Positions 1 through 8,187 of a DNA stretch of 24,000 bases are shown here, one piece after another. The position numbers and the translations under genes were made by a program. Source of the stretch: an uncultured Candidatus Saccharibacteria bacterium (lineage in GTDB: Bacteria > Patescibacteriota > Saccharimonadia > Saccharimonadales > CAIOMD01); contig CAYRFD010000002.1 of the NCBI GenBank assembly GCA_964423475.1, positions 9,405 to 33,404 on the forward strand, read 5' to 3'. Numbering within the stretch: the first letter of the stretch is position 1; every line of letters starts with the position of its first letter. Under the pieces are notes generated by a model that had not been told where the DNA came from, did no database searches, and saw only the letters and a program-made list of their open reading frames with translations.

Positions 1-1420
1 TTTTGGTGGTTAAACCATCTGTATAATTATATCTTACATCACCGGGTGCAAACCAAGGCGCAGTATTTCTTTGCCATATACTAGCATATTCAGAATAAGA
101 CCCCCGCATAGATGCATCATTAACAAAGCTAAACCTATTATTAGCAGCATCACTACACGCCTTAAGATCATTACCCGCAAAAACTATATAAGGGACCTCA
201 AATACATGGCCCGTGCCTTCTTTATCATCCGAAAGACCATTCGGGGTAGTATATTTATATGCTAATTTATAACTATGACCTACTGGCTTGCTGTTAAGAA
301 AACTCTTTAAATTATCCCATTGTGTACCATAACCTAATCTAACACCATCTATATTATATTCACATACTCGAGGGTCTGTTTGTGCAACTCTAATTGGCTC
401 CGGGACACCAATATCAAGAGCATTATCACTCCCAGGTGGCTCGCTACTAGGGAATCCTTCTCTTTTATCTATCAACTGTTCAAGACCGTTAGAACCATTC
501 AATATATTGGGATAGTTATTACAATCTATATTATTATCAAATATACGTTTAACATTTACGCCTAATCTTACGGGGGCAGGTTCAGCTGGATCAATACTAT
601 ATTTTTCGTAGTCATTTAGGTTAACTGTAATAATAGGTTTCATTTCTGTAGCTTTTTTCTTTACGTTGTATCTTAAAAATACAACCGTAGAGGCCTCATT
701 GGAATCTTTGCCATCACTACCAATAGTTGCTTTACCCCAAGTTGCATCCCAACCGACTGGTTCGTAGATTGACGTGTCTATACCACTAGGCGTGCCAACA
801 CCCTGAAAATCAAAAATCATATTTTGTCCACCCAAGTCCCAATATGAACAAACTAATTTATAAGCATAGAAATTCTTGCCCAAACCACCCCCCGGGATAT
901 ATGCACCATAAAATACCATTGCCTTACCCGTTGGAGCGGGTGCCCAAAAATTTGCTAAAGAACTACCCTTATCATTAATTAGTAGATCTCCAGATGGGGG
1001 GTTAGAGCACCAATCAGCATTATCGCTTCCATCAGTATTTATTGTTATGGGCCCCCCAGACCAATTAAAATTATCAGTCCAATTACCACTTTTACCACCA
1101 TTGTACTTTATGATGCCACCAGCATCTCCGGGGATCATAAAGCGCGGGTCTGTTGCAACTACAGTAGCAGAGAAATTACTTGCATAACTAAGATGCACCA
1201 AATTATTTGGGTTAGTAATATCATTGATTGATGTAAACACAATCGTATTCATTAATGTATTTGCATCCATGCAGCGGCTATAGTCATTAGCCGGTGATAG
1301 GCGTTTCACGTTAGGAGTATCTGATTTACCTGCCTTAACACTACCCTGAACAGCAAAAAAACATAAAAGTAAAATGGATACCATTATAATTTTTGCAGAA
1401 ACCCTAGTGTACTTATACAT
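1..1420 (-). CDS. Secreted protein of unknown function, 3'-truncated by the left window edge (at least 473 aa visible); absent from the supplied ORF track
   Basis: Manual translation of the minus strand from ATG 1420-1418 down to position 2 gives 473 sense codons with no stop (MYKYTRVSAKIIMVSILLLCFFAVQGSVKAGKSDTPNV ... VRYNYTDGLTTK). An in-frame TAA at 1423-1421 sits just upstream, so 1420 is the first possible start; 1384 is an internal alternative ATG. The N-terminus looks like a Sec signal peptide: K/R n-region, hydrophobic core, VKA-G. The start overlaps the upstream stop by 8 nt (ATGTATAA). I recognised no family by eye. Confidence 0.65.
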   Translation of the reverse strand, partial: MYKYTRVSAKIIMVSILLLCFFAVQGSVKAGKSDTPNVKRLSPANDYSRCMDANTLMNTIVFTSINDITNPNNLVHLSYASNFSATVVATDPRFMIPGDAGGIIKYNGGKSGNWTDNFNWSGGPITINTDGSDNADWCSNPPSGDLLINDKGSSLANFWAPAPTGKAMVFYGAYIPGGGLGKNFYAYKLVCSYWDLGGQNMIFDFQGVGTPSGIDTSIYEPVGWDATWGKATIGSDGKDSNEASTVVFLRYNVKKKATEMKPIITVNLNDYEKYSIDPAEPAPVRLGVNVKRIFDNNIDCNNYPNILNGSNGLEQLIDKREGFPSSEPPGSDNALDIGVPEPIRVAQTDPRVCEYNIDGVRLGYGTQWDNLKSFLNSKPVGHSYKLAYKYTTPNGLSDDKEGTGHVFEVPYIVFAGNDLKACSDAANNRFSFVNDASMRGSYSEYASIWQRNTAPWFAPGDVRYNYTDGLTTK

Positions 1421-2426
1421 TTATTATTACCTTATTGTTATTTTTATATGTATCAAGATTAAACTTAGCATAGTCTAATACCTTAAAGTCAAAATAGTAT
1501 GCTATCGGCACATTGCCACTATTGTAACCATCTATAAAGCTAACCCCTGCCATTGTTTCCGTTTCTAACGGTGTAATTTTATTAATACTAGTAAATTTAT
1601 TAGCCTCTTCTTGGGTAATCATTCGATTACCTTTAGCTGTAGACTGTCTATCTAAACCATTAAGGGTAAATATATCGCTTGTATTACCAGAATAACCATA
1701 ATTTAGCTCAATATCTTTACTTATTTTACTTAAAATATCTCTGGCATTGTTTAAGCTAGGATCATTAGCTATAGACTGATAGTATTTGTCTGCTGTAGCT
1801 TTTGCATATTCTTGATTTTGTTGGATTTTAGCACTATCTCCTAAACCATCTTCTGTCTTAAGACCAAAAGAAGCAAAATACTTACTAAAAGGAAAAACAA
1901 AATGACCATAAGTATCGCCAGAATACACACTTAGCTCTTTTTTAGCAAGCATAGTTTTTGCTACTTGATGTTGCCATGGTGACTCTTTGTTTGTTTTGTC
2001 TCCGTATAATGAATACTGTTTTGCTAAAATATCTTCATTATTTAAATCTACATTATATTGTTTTGCTGCATCTATATAAACAATAGAATCTACCATAAAT
2101 TGTTTATAATTATCTGCAACATTTTTGTCTGGTCTTTGGGAATTATAGTCATTAAATATTGTTCTATATTGTTCTTTAGATATAGAGGTATCGTTTACGG
2201 AAATTGCTGTTTTATTACTACTATTTATAAAGTAAACAATTAAACCAATAACTATACTTATTAACAGGGCGCAGGCTATAAAGATAAGCGCGGCTTTTTT
2301 AAAATTTTTAGGTTTTACATTACCAAGTATTGTAGTATCTTGTTTTACTATGTTGGCAGCCTTTTTAATGTCTGGGTTGTTGGCTGGGGGGTTAGTTGGT
2401 GTAGCATTGTTCTTTTGTGTACTCAT
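1413..2426 (-). CDS. Single-pass membrane protein with a SurA-N/PpiD-like chaperone-type ectodomain (function tentative)
   Basis: 337-aa ORF with AAGGA 6 nt upstream of the ATG. It has a polar N-tail, then a TM helix (AALIFIACALLISIVIGLIVYFI). The segment ISVNDTSISKEQY...FMVDSIVYIDAAKQYNVDLNNEDI matches the pattern of SurA_N/PrsA N-terminal domains. No parvulin motif seen. Confidence 0.55.
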   Translation of the reverse strand: MSTQKNNATPTNPPANNPDIKKAANIVKQDTTILGNVKPKNFKKAALIFIACALLISIVIGLIVYFINSSNKTAISVNDTSISKEQYRTIFNDYNSQRPDKNVADNYKQFMVDSIVYIDAAKQYNVDLNNEDILAKQYSLYGDKTNKESPWQHQVAKTMLAKKELSVYSGDTYGHFVFPFSKYFASFGLKTEDGLGDSAKIQQNQEYAKATADKYYQSIANDPSLNNARDILSKISKDIELNYGYSGNTSDIFTLNGLDRQSTAKGNRMITQEEANKFTSINKITPLETETMAGVSFIDGYNSGNVPIAYYFDFKVLDYAKFNLDTYKNNNKVIINV

Positions 2427-2439
2427 ATTATGTCCTTTA

Positions 2440-3396
2440 CTATGGGTTGGGTGGTGTTATATTTGGACATGGGCTAGCACCACTTAATGTCGTGCCTTGG
2501 GTGCCATCTACCTTATAGTCTTTACAAATAGTACCCTCACCTAAAACGCTTCCTACATAATTAGGGCCAACACTACCGTTACGGCTATAAAAAACCTGTA
2601 TTCGTTTAGTTATATCTAAAGATTTTGCATTAACATCTATTAAATATTGGCTAGTATTTTGGTAGCCGCTGTTACCTGAAATCTCTACATCGGTTGTTTC
2701 TCCGTTTACTCCGTTTAGCTGAGTTATGTTTGCTATATATTCTGTACCTACATCAAAACCATCAATATTAACTTTTGCATCGCTACCACTAAGTGTTACG
2801 AAATATACATTCCCACTAGCACTGTATCTATAATCAGGAATCCCTTCGGCATAACTATTAGGCACTAAATAAAAACGCTTATAACTTTCTGGTGTATCTT
2901 TTTTAGCAATTGTTATAACTAATACTATTTTATCATCTTCTAACACGGGTAGTCGGCCTGCGTGTGGGCTATCATATGGAGCGGTAGGCCAGCTTATATT
3001 AATTGGTCCATTAGTTTTAAAACTAAAGGCTTGTGCTTTATCTGAGCTTGTTGATACTTTTGTATTGGTGGGATTAATCCATACCGCACAAGTAATTTTG
3101 GCTTGGCCAATATTAAAAGAGCTATCTGGGGCATTAGTATCAGACACTGTATCCTCGCAATTTTGCCTAGTGGCGGGTGTTGGGGAACTATCTATATAGC
3201 TAATTATTTTGTTTATTCCGCTTTCGGCGGCGTATTGGGCTTGGTAAGACAAAGTTTTGTCTAGAGTTGCTGTTTGGTCTTTGCGTACTAGGGTTGCAAA
3301 ACCAACAGCTAATAAAGATATTACAATAGCTAAGAACATAGCAAGCATTATTGCCGTCATTCCAGATTGTTTGTTATGTATCTGTTTTTTTAGCAT
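2440..3396 (-). CDS. PilX/GspK-like large minor pseudopilin (PilX_N-type N-terminus, no Glu5)
   Basis: 318 aa. The N-terminus MLKKQIHNKQSG|MTAIMLAMFLAIVISLLAVGFA is followed by QAQYAAESGINKI, the PilX_N signature (qA..AEaGl). Position +5 is Met rather than Glu, as in GspK-type tip pseudopilins. Confidence 0.65.
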   Translation of the reverse strand: MLKKQIHNKQSGMTAIMLAMFLAIVISLLAVGFATLVRKDQTATLDKTLSYQAQYAAESGINKIISYIDSSPTPATRQNCEDTVSDTNAPDSSFNIGQAKITCAVWINPTNTKVSTSSDKAQAFSFKTNGPINISWPTAPYDSPHAGRLPVLEDDKIVLVITIAKKDTPESYKRFYLVPNSYAEGIPDYRYSASGNVYFVTLSGSDAKVNIDGFDVGTEYIANITQLNGVNGETTDVEISGNSGYQNTSQYLIDVNAKSLDITKRIQVFYSRNGSVGPNYVGSVLGEGTICKDYKVDGTQGTTLSGASPCPNITPPNP

Positions 3397-3398
3397 TA

Positions 3399-4055
3399 TT
3401 ATAACCTTGGGTTAACCATACTACTTAAGCTTACTACAGAACACCACTCGTTGCCAACCCCAGATTTACACTTTAAATCTTTGGGTGGTACGCCCAAATT
3501 AAATAAGTCGTAATCGCCTTTTACAAAAGTAGTATCAATTGTTGCGGTTTTAGTAACGCCCACTTCTTCGGTTTCGGTAACATTAAATAATGCAACTTTT
3601 GCATTATTTGGTAATAATTGCTGTGCATTTATATCATCGTTTACTAAATAACCACATTCCCCGTCCAAAGCATTACCGTTTTTATAAGGATTTGTTTGTT
3701 GCTGAAAATGCAAACCAGACATATTATTAAAATCTGTCTCATTATTAATTGAGCTACTGGGTGTTTTATAAAAATATCTTATCTTCCCAACACACACGAC
3801 ATAGTACCCAGTAACATTCCCACTATTTTCTTCTACTGTGATTTTACCACCGCTGTATTTTATACTGTCTGAAATTTTTTGGTGAATATCACGCGTGGCA
3901 GACTGCATGGCTATTTTTGTTACACCAGATTGGTATTGGCGCGCTATTAACAGAATACCAGTAGTAGCAATTATCATTACCACAGAAAACACACTAATAG
4001 CAATCATAAGCTCTACAATGGTAAAGCCCTTATGGTTTTTGCTCTTAAACACCAT
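3399..4055 (-). CDS. Minor type IV pilin (PilW-like position)
   Basis: The track ORF starts at 4085, but the prepilin leader fits the internal ATG at 4055: MVFKSKNHKG|FTIVELMIAISVFSVVMII (G-1, F+1, E+5). That start overlaps the upstream stop by 11 nt (ATGGTGTTTAA). Confidence 0.7.
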   Translation of the reverse strand: MVFKSKNHKGFTIVELMIAISVFSVVMIIATTGILLIARQYQSGVTKIAMQSATRDIHQKISDSIKYSGGKITVEENSGNVTGYYVVCVGKIRYFYKTPSSSINNETDFNNMSGLHFQQQTNPYKNGNALDGECGYLVNDDINAQQLLPNNAKVALFNVTETEEVGVTKTATIDTTFVKGDYDLFNLGVPPKDLKCKSGVGNEWCSVVSLSSMVNPRL

Positions 4056-4518
4056 AAAATAGCTCCACGTTATCTTTACCGCCATTTAAGCTATCCCATT
4101 CTACGTGTATACGGTAATTGCTATATTTTGCATCTGAACTACAATCATCAACCAATGCGGAATCATTAAGACAATAAATATCAATTTTAAAAGGTATACT
4201 ACCACGATCACACCCCGGAGAACCACTTGTAAGACTCCCAGCATCACTTATACATTCTTGAGTAGTAGTACTATTAAATGAACTATGTTTTACATTACCT
4301 GTATCTGCGTTCATTTTTTGCTTTAATAGTTCTGCTTGATTATTAGCAATTACCTGGGCTTGGTAGCGTTCGTAATTATCTTGAGTAGTCTTAGTAGATC
4401 TGTTAGCTATTGCAAATGCGCCCCCAAGTGCGCCACCAATTACAATAATTGCCAACATTACCTCTACAATTGTATCGCCAGTTTGTTTATTAAAATGTTT
4501 TTTTATAGTGTTTTTCAT
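4045..4518 (-). CDS. Minor type IV pilin, PilV-like, with a non-canonical +1 Asp
   Basis: 157 aa: MKNTIKKHFNKQTG|DTIVEVMLAIIVIGGALGGAFAI...YERYQAQVIANNQAELL. It has a hydrophobic helix and E+5. The YxRxQA helix resembles PilV. The GGC GAT ACA ATT GTA GAG codons were checked by hand. Confidence 0.7.
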   Translation of the reverse strand: MKNTIKKHFNKQTGDTIVEVMLAIIVIGGALGGAFAIANRSTKTTQDNYERYQAQVIANNQAELLKQKMNADTGNVKHSSFNSTTTQECISDAGSLTSGSPGCDRGSIPFKIDIYCLNDSALVDDCSSDAKYSNYRIHVEWDSLNGGKDNVELFYGV

Positions 4519-4520
4519 AA

Positions 4521-5216
4521 TTAATTACACCTATCGTCTACCAAATTAAGTTTAACTGTGTTACCAAGCTCTTTAGAGCCAAATTCTAAACTACCCTTTT
4601 TATAACCCTCAAAACAAAGCAAAAAGCTTTTAATAAAATAAGGCGCCGTTTCGAAATTTGACAAAGGCCCCCAGGCCCATATATCACGTAGCTCGATATC
4701 TTTAACATTATTAGAATCATTAAAAGATGCAGTCACGCCAAAATGTTTACCAAAAGGATGTGCTACACCATCTGTTGTAATTGACTTTGCCTCAATAAAT
4801 TCAATACCATCTGGTATATTCACTACGTTAATACTAGGTGTATACCCACTGACGTTACCATTGTCATCTTTCATCAATTCTGTTCTAAATATTTTACCAT
4901 TACGATAAATGGCATCCCTACACCCCTCTAAATCCCTATTTGGGCTATCAGGCGCACAAAATATAAATCTTTTGCCTTTTATTACTACATTATCGGTACC
5001 ACCAGTATTAATATCCTTGGCGAGATTGCCGTTTTGAGTGTCGTTAATAACATTTTGAACCTGTTGTTGCAAGCGGTACATGCTGTCGCGGTAGCGGTAA
5101 CGTTCGGTTTGACCACTAATTAGCAAACTAACACTAAAAAAAAGAACACCCGTAACAGCAAGTACTATCATGGTTTCTACAATGGTAAAGCCTTTTTGTT
5201 TTTTTAGGTAGAACAT
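4521..5216 (-). CDS. Minor type IV pilin (FimU/GspH-like position)
   Basis: 231 aa with a canonical class III signal: MFYLKKQKG|FTIVETMIVLAVTGVLFF. It is the first gene after pilD. Confidence 0.65.
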   Translation of the reverse strand: MFYLKKQKGFTIVETMIVLAVTGVLFFSVSLLISGQTERYRYRDSMYRLQQQVQNVINDTQNGNLAKDINTGGTDNVVIKGKRFIFCAPDSPNRDLEGCRDAIYRNGKIFRTELMKDDNGNVSGYTPSINVVNIPDGIEFIEAKSITTDGVAHPFGKHFGVTASFNDSNNVKDIELRDIWAWGPLSNFETAPYFIKSFLLCFEGYKKGSLEFGSKELGNTVKLNLVDDRCN

Positions 5217-5279
5217 CTTACCTGCATTATACCATAAGCGTTACAATTACAACATAAAATTAACTAAAATTAACAAAAT

Positions 5280-6161
5280 TTATATAGAATTAATAAGAAT
5301 ATTGGTGTACCAATTTAAAACAATTTGGCCAAACAATATTGTTATTATTGCACCAGCAATTAAATACGGCCCAAAAGGTATTTGACTACCAAAAGTTTCT
5401 TTTTTGCTAATAAGGCTTGGCAAATTTACTAAAAACCCTAACATACTGGCAAGAAACATGCCTATTATTACCAAAGTTGGCTTACCAATCATTAACCCTA
5501 GCAAAAATACTAATTTTACGTCTCCTAAGCCTAGCCAATCTTTGTTGGTATAACCTTTTTTTTGTGCAACTAAAGATGCAATAAAAATAGACAAAAAAAT
5601 TGCAAAGTATAATACACCAGCCAAGACCGACATGCCAAAAATAAAAAAATCCTTTAAAGCCACTGCATAAATAAACAAAAATACCGAATATATAATTATT
5701 CCAACTATTAAAACTTTGTCTGGCAATATAAAGTGCTTATAGTCGTATATGGCCAAGGCAAATAATGGCACTAACGTAGCAATAAAACCTATAAGTAATA
5801 TTAAGCTAGAACCCGGCAAATTTACTGGCCAAAAAATATAAGATACAACAAACATTATGGCCATTGCAAGCTCTACAAGTAGGTATTGCTTGCTAATTTT
5901 GGCTTTGCAGTAACGGCACTTGCCCTTTAAGCTTAACCAACTAATAAGTGGCACAAGATCTTTAGGGGCAAGCTGATGTTTGCAACTTGGGCACATACTG
6001 CGCCCCTTAGTAATAGAATATTGCTGTTTTTGAGCGTTAGTAAGCTTTTTTGGGTCTCCATTGGCGTCTAATTGTTTGCCAAGGCGCCAAACCCAAGCAT
6101 TTACAAAACTCCCAAACACCAACCCCAACAAAAATAACCCAACTATTATTAACATATCCAT
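5280..6161 (-). CDS. pilD: Prepilin peptidase / N-methyltransferase (A24 family)
   Basis: Polytopic membrane protein. It carries the Zn-finger pair CPSCKHQL...CRYCKAKI and the catalytic-Asp contexts YDYKHFILPD and GLGDVKL, plus PFGPYL near the C-terminus. The track start at 6167 is TTG; ATG codons at 6161 and 6155 are more likely, so the exact start is uncertain. Confidence 0.9.
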   Translation of the reverse strand: MDMLIIVGLFLLGLVFGSFVNAWVWRLGKQLDANGDPKKLTNAQKQQYSITKGRSMCPSCKHQLAPKDLVPLISWLSLKGKCRYCKAKISKQYLLVELAMAIMFVVSYIFWPVNLPGSSLILLIGFIATLVPLFALAIYDYKHFILPDKVLIVGIIIYSVFLFIYAVALKDFFIFGMSVLAGVLYFAIFLSIFIASLVAQKKGYTNKDWLGLGDVKLVFLLGLMIGKPTLVIIGMFLASMLGFLVNLPSLISKKETFGSQIPFGPYLIAGAIITILFGQIVLNWYTNILINSI

Positions 6162-6235
6162 TACCAAATAATAACATACTGCGGATAATTATATTAAGTA
6201 TATAGATTATAAGTGTTAGTACTTATACATTATTT

Positions 6236-6300
6236 ATAAAAGATACCCCTAGGGCTTTAGCGCACGATTTATGTGTGGGCTTTAGCCTTGTGGGATATCC
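6236..6300 (-). terminator. Candidate intrinsic terminator/attenuator between pilA and pilD
   Basis: On the minus-strand RNA, GAUAUCCC (6299-6292) pairs with GGGGUAUC (6249-6242): 8 bp including one G.U. UUUUAUAAA follows directly. The same position is a C/A mismatch on the + strand, so the fold favours the transcribed strand. The 42-nt interior holds two copies of GGGCTTTAGC (6252-6261 and 6277-6286). Confidence 0.35.
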
Positions 6301-6451
6301 ATTATTTGTGCGTTTTTACTTTAAAAAGCAACCAGTAAGTAAAATTTTATATATTATATAACATTTGTGTCTTTTAACTTGTTCTAACCCTGTTATAGCT
6401 AATTACTATAATTGTTACCTTAATAATAAACAACTGCTAAAGTAACATATA

Positions 6452-6880
6452 CTACTCAGAACCAATACATCGAGTGACTGGTGAGCCCGCAGACTCCAAC
6501 TGATAAGTAACAGCAAATTGACGTGCCGTACCAACGGCTGTACCTGAACCGTCTGCGTTACATTTAGCACTGTACGCAAAATTAGCCACCTCAGTAGTAC
6601 CCGCTGTGCCGACAACAACAGATGTAATCTGTTGAAAATCTGCTGCGTTAAAACCAATTGTTGCGGCTGTACATGATGCAACAACACCATTTCGGTTAGC
6701 AAGACACTCTGTGACTAATGCAGATATACGTGCCGCTTCTTCATTACGGGCAGTATTTCGGCTATTTCTTTGCAGCGCCGGTACGGCCAAAAATACAATT
6801 AGCATTATAAGGCCGGCAATTGCCAAGACTATTAAGACTTCTATGATTGTAAAGCCTTTTTGATTTGATTTTTTAAGCAT
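6452..6880 (-). CDS. pilA: Major type IV pilin
   Basis: 142 aa: MLKKSNQKG|FTIIEVLIVLAIAGLIMLIVFLAVPALQRN. The Ala/Gly/Thr/Val-rich globular part has 4 Cys, including C-terminal CNADG...RC, which could form a D-region disulfide. It has its own promoter-like motif and lies between the machinery genes and pilD. Confidence 0.85.
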   Translation of the reverse strand: MLKKSNQKGFTIIEVLIVLAIAGLIMLIVFLAVPALQRNSRNTARNEEAARISALVTECLANRNGVVASCTAATIGFNAADFQQITSVVVGTAGTTEVANFAYSAKCNADGSGTAVGTARQFAVTYQLESAGSPVTRCIGSE

Positions 6881-6934
6881 TATTGGTGCCCTTTCTTTTA
6901 AAACCTAAAGGTTTTTATTAGTTATACTAAGTAA

Positions 6935-6962
6935 ATTATAACTTAAGCGTAATAAAAAGCAA
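6935..6962 (-). promoter_or_regulatory. Sigma70-like promoter for pilA
   Basis: The minus strand reads TTGCTT - 16 nt - TATAAT, immediately after the pilC stop. The predicted ~48-nt leader contains AAAGAAAGGG before the ATG at 6880. Confidence 0.4.
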
Positions 6963-6970
6963 TAGTTTTT

Positions 6971-8176
6971 TTAGGCGCCTAAGCCTTGATTAGCAAGCCC
7001 ATAGATTGGCAAAAGTACTGCAGCTACAATTATAAGCGCTACTATACCTAAAACAATCATTAAAACAGGCTCTATTATGGTGTTTATGGTTTTAATTTGT
7101 TGGTCTACTTCTTTTTCATAATATTCGGCTGTTTTAGCTAGCATATCTTCTACCTGGCCAGATTGTTCGCCAATACGTATCATGTTTGGCACTAGCTCTA
7201 AAAAGTTAGGGTCGCCATCTATGGCATCTGCTAAACTTTTACCGCCCTTTACTTTGGTAATTGCTGTATTTATAGAATCTTCTATATACACATTGTTTAC
7301 TGAGCGCGAGGTAATGTCTAACATTTGGAGCAATGGCACACCACTGGAAACTAGAGTAGCACCAGTGCGGGTAAAGCGGGCCATGTACATTTTCATAAAA
7401 AGTGGGCCAATTAATGGGGCCTTCATTTTGGTTTTATCTATAACACGTTTGCCACCCAGGGTGCGGGCATATTTAGTACCAAAAACACCTGCCAGTACTG
7501 CTAAAATTAAAAATACCCACCAGTAATTTACTAGTAAATCAGACATCCATAGCAAGGCTACGGTTATAAATGGTAACTGAGCCCCCGGCAGGCCGTCGTA
7601 AAGCGTTTTTACTTGCGGTAACACGCCAACAAGCATAAAGCCAACAACCGCTACCATTACACCCACAACAACCAGCGGGTACACCATGGCACCTTTAATT
7701 TTACCTAAAATCTCGGCATCTTTTTCTTGCTGATTAGCTAAACGTTCTAACGAAGCATCTAGCGTACCAGAGGCCTCACCTGCGCCCACCAAGCTAATAA
7801 AAATATTATTAAAAACCTTGGGGTGCTTAGCTAGCGAGTCAGAAAAGTTTTTACCACTTTCTACATCATTAATAACCTCTGATAATACAATCTTTAGCTG
7901 TTTACTGCCTGTTTGGCGCTGCACAGTACGCAAAGACTGTACCAATGGTAAGCCGGCGTTAATTAAGGTGCTAAGCTGGCGGGCAAATAATATTTTATCT
8001 TTGCCTTTTACTTTTTTGCCAAAACCACCCTCTTTTACGGCTTTTATTTGTAATGGCGAAAGACCTTGTTCTTGTATAATTTGAGCAGCGGCCTTTTCGC
8101 TATCTGCCTGAACAGTTGAACTAACTTTTTGCCCAGTTGTTGTATTACGTGCTGTAAATGTGTATGTTGTTGCCAT
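6971..8176 (-). CDS. pilC: Type IV pilus platform protein (GspF/PilC family)
   Basis: 401 aa with two GspF-type repeats (LSTLINAGLPLVQSL... and LVSSGVPLLQML...) and three TM segments. Confidence 0.93.
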   Translation of the reverse strand: MATTYTFTARNTTTGQKVSSTVQADSEKAAAQIIQEQGLSPLQIKAVKEGGFGKKVKGKDKILFARQLSTLINAGLPLVQSLRTVQRQTGSKQLKIVLSEVINDVESGKNFSDSLAKHPKVFNNIFISLVGAGEASGTLDASLERLANQQEKDAEILGKIKGAMVYPLVVVGVMVAVVGFMLVGVLPQVKTLYDGLPGAQLPFITVALLWMSDLLVNYWWVFLILAVLAGVFGTKYARTLGGKRVIDKTKMKAPLIGPLFMKMYMARFTRTGATLVSSGVPLLQMLDITSRSVNNVYIEDSINTAITKVKGGKSLADAIDGDPNFLELVPNMIRIGEQSGQVEDMLAKTAEYYEKEVDQQIKTINTIIEPVLMIVLGIVALIIVAAVLLPIYGLANQGLGA

Positions 8177-8187
8177 AATATGCGCCT

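Noticed and set aside
71-565. Track ORFs 71..265 (+) and 380..565 (+)
   Set aside because: Both lie antisense inside the 473-codon open minus-strand frame (1..1420). Their low-complexity Ile/Arg-rich products are typical of shadow ORFs in AT-rich DNA.
888-1057. Three G/C homopolymer tracts of 6 nt (888-893, 996-1001, 1052-1057) in the secreted-protein gene, plus a G6 at 2386-2391, as possible phase-variation switches
   Set aside because: Six nucleotides is below the length usually associated with slipped-strand phase variation. The tracts simply encode Pro/Gly codons (PGGG, NPP, GGP). G5/C5 runs also occur in housekeeping genes in this window.
2058-4524. Track ORFs 2058..2243 (+) and 4336..4524 (+)
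   Set aside because: Antisense shadows inside well-supported minus-strand genes. They have no ribosome-binding site and implausible composition.
6415-6702. 95-aa same-strand alternative-frame ORF overlapping pilA
   Set aside because: It is a by-product of the locally GC-rich, Ala/Gly/Thr/Val-rich pilin coding frame. The Leu/Gln/Val-repetitive product has no start context, while the pilA frame has a canonical prepilin signal.
6900-6915. Hairpin AAAACC-TAAA-GGTTTT between pilC and pilA as a terminator
   Set aside because: It has only 6 bp, with 2 G-C pairs. On the transcribed strand it is followed by A residues, not a U-tract, and it lies downstream of the putative pilA promoter inside the leader.
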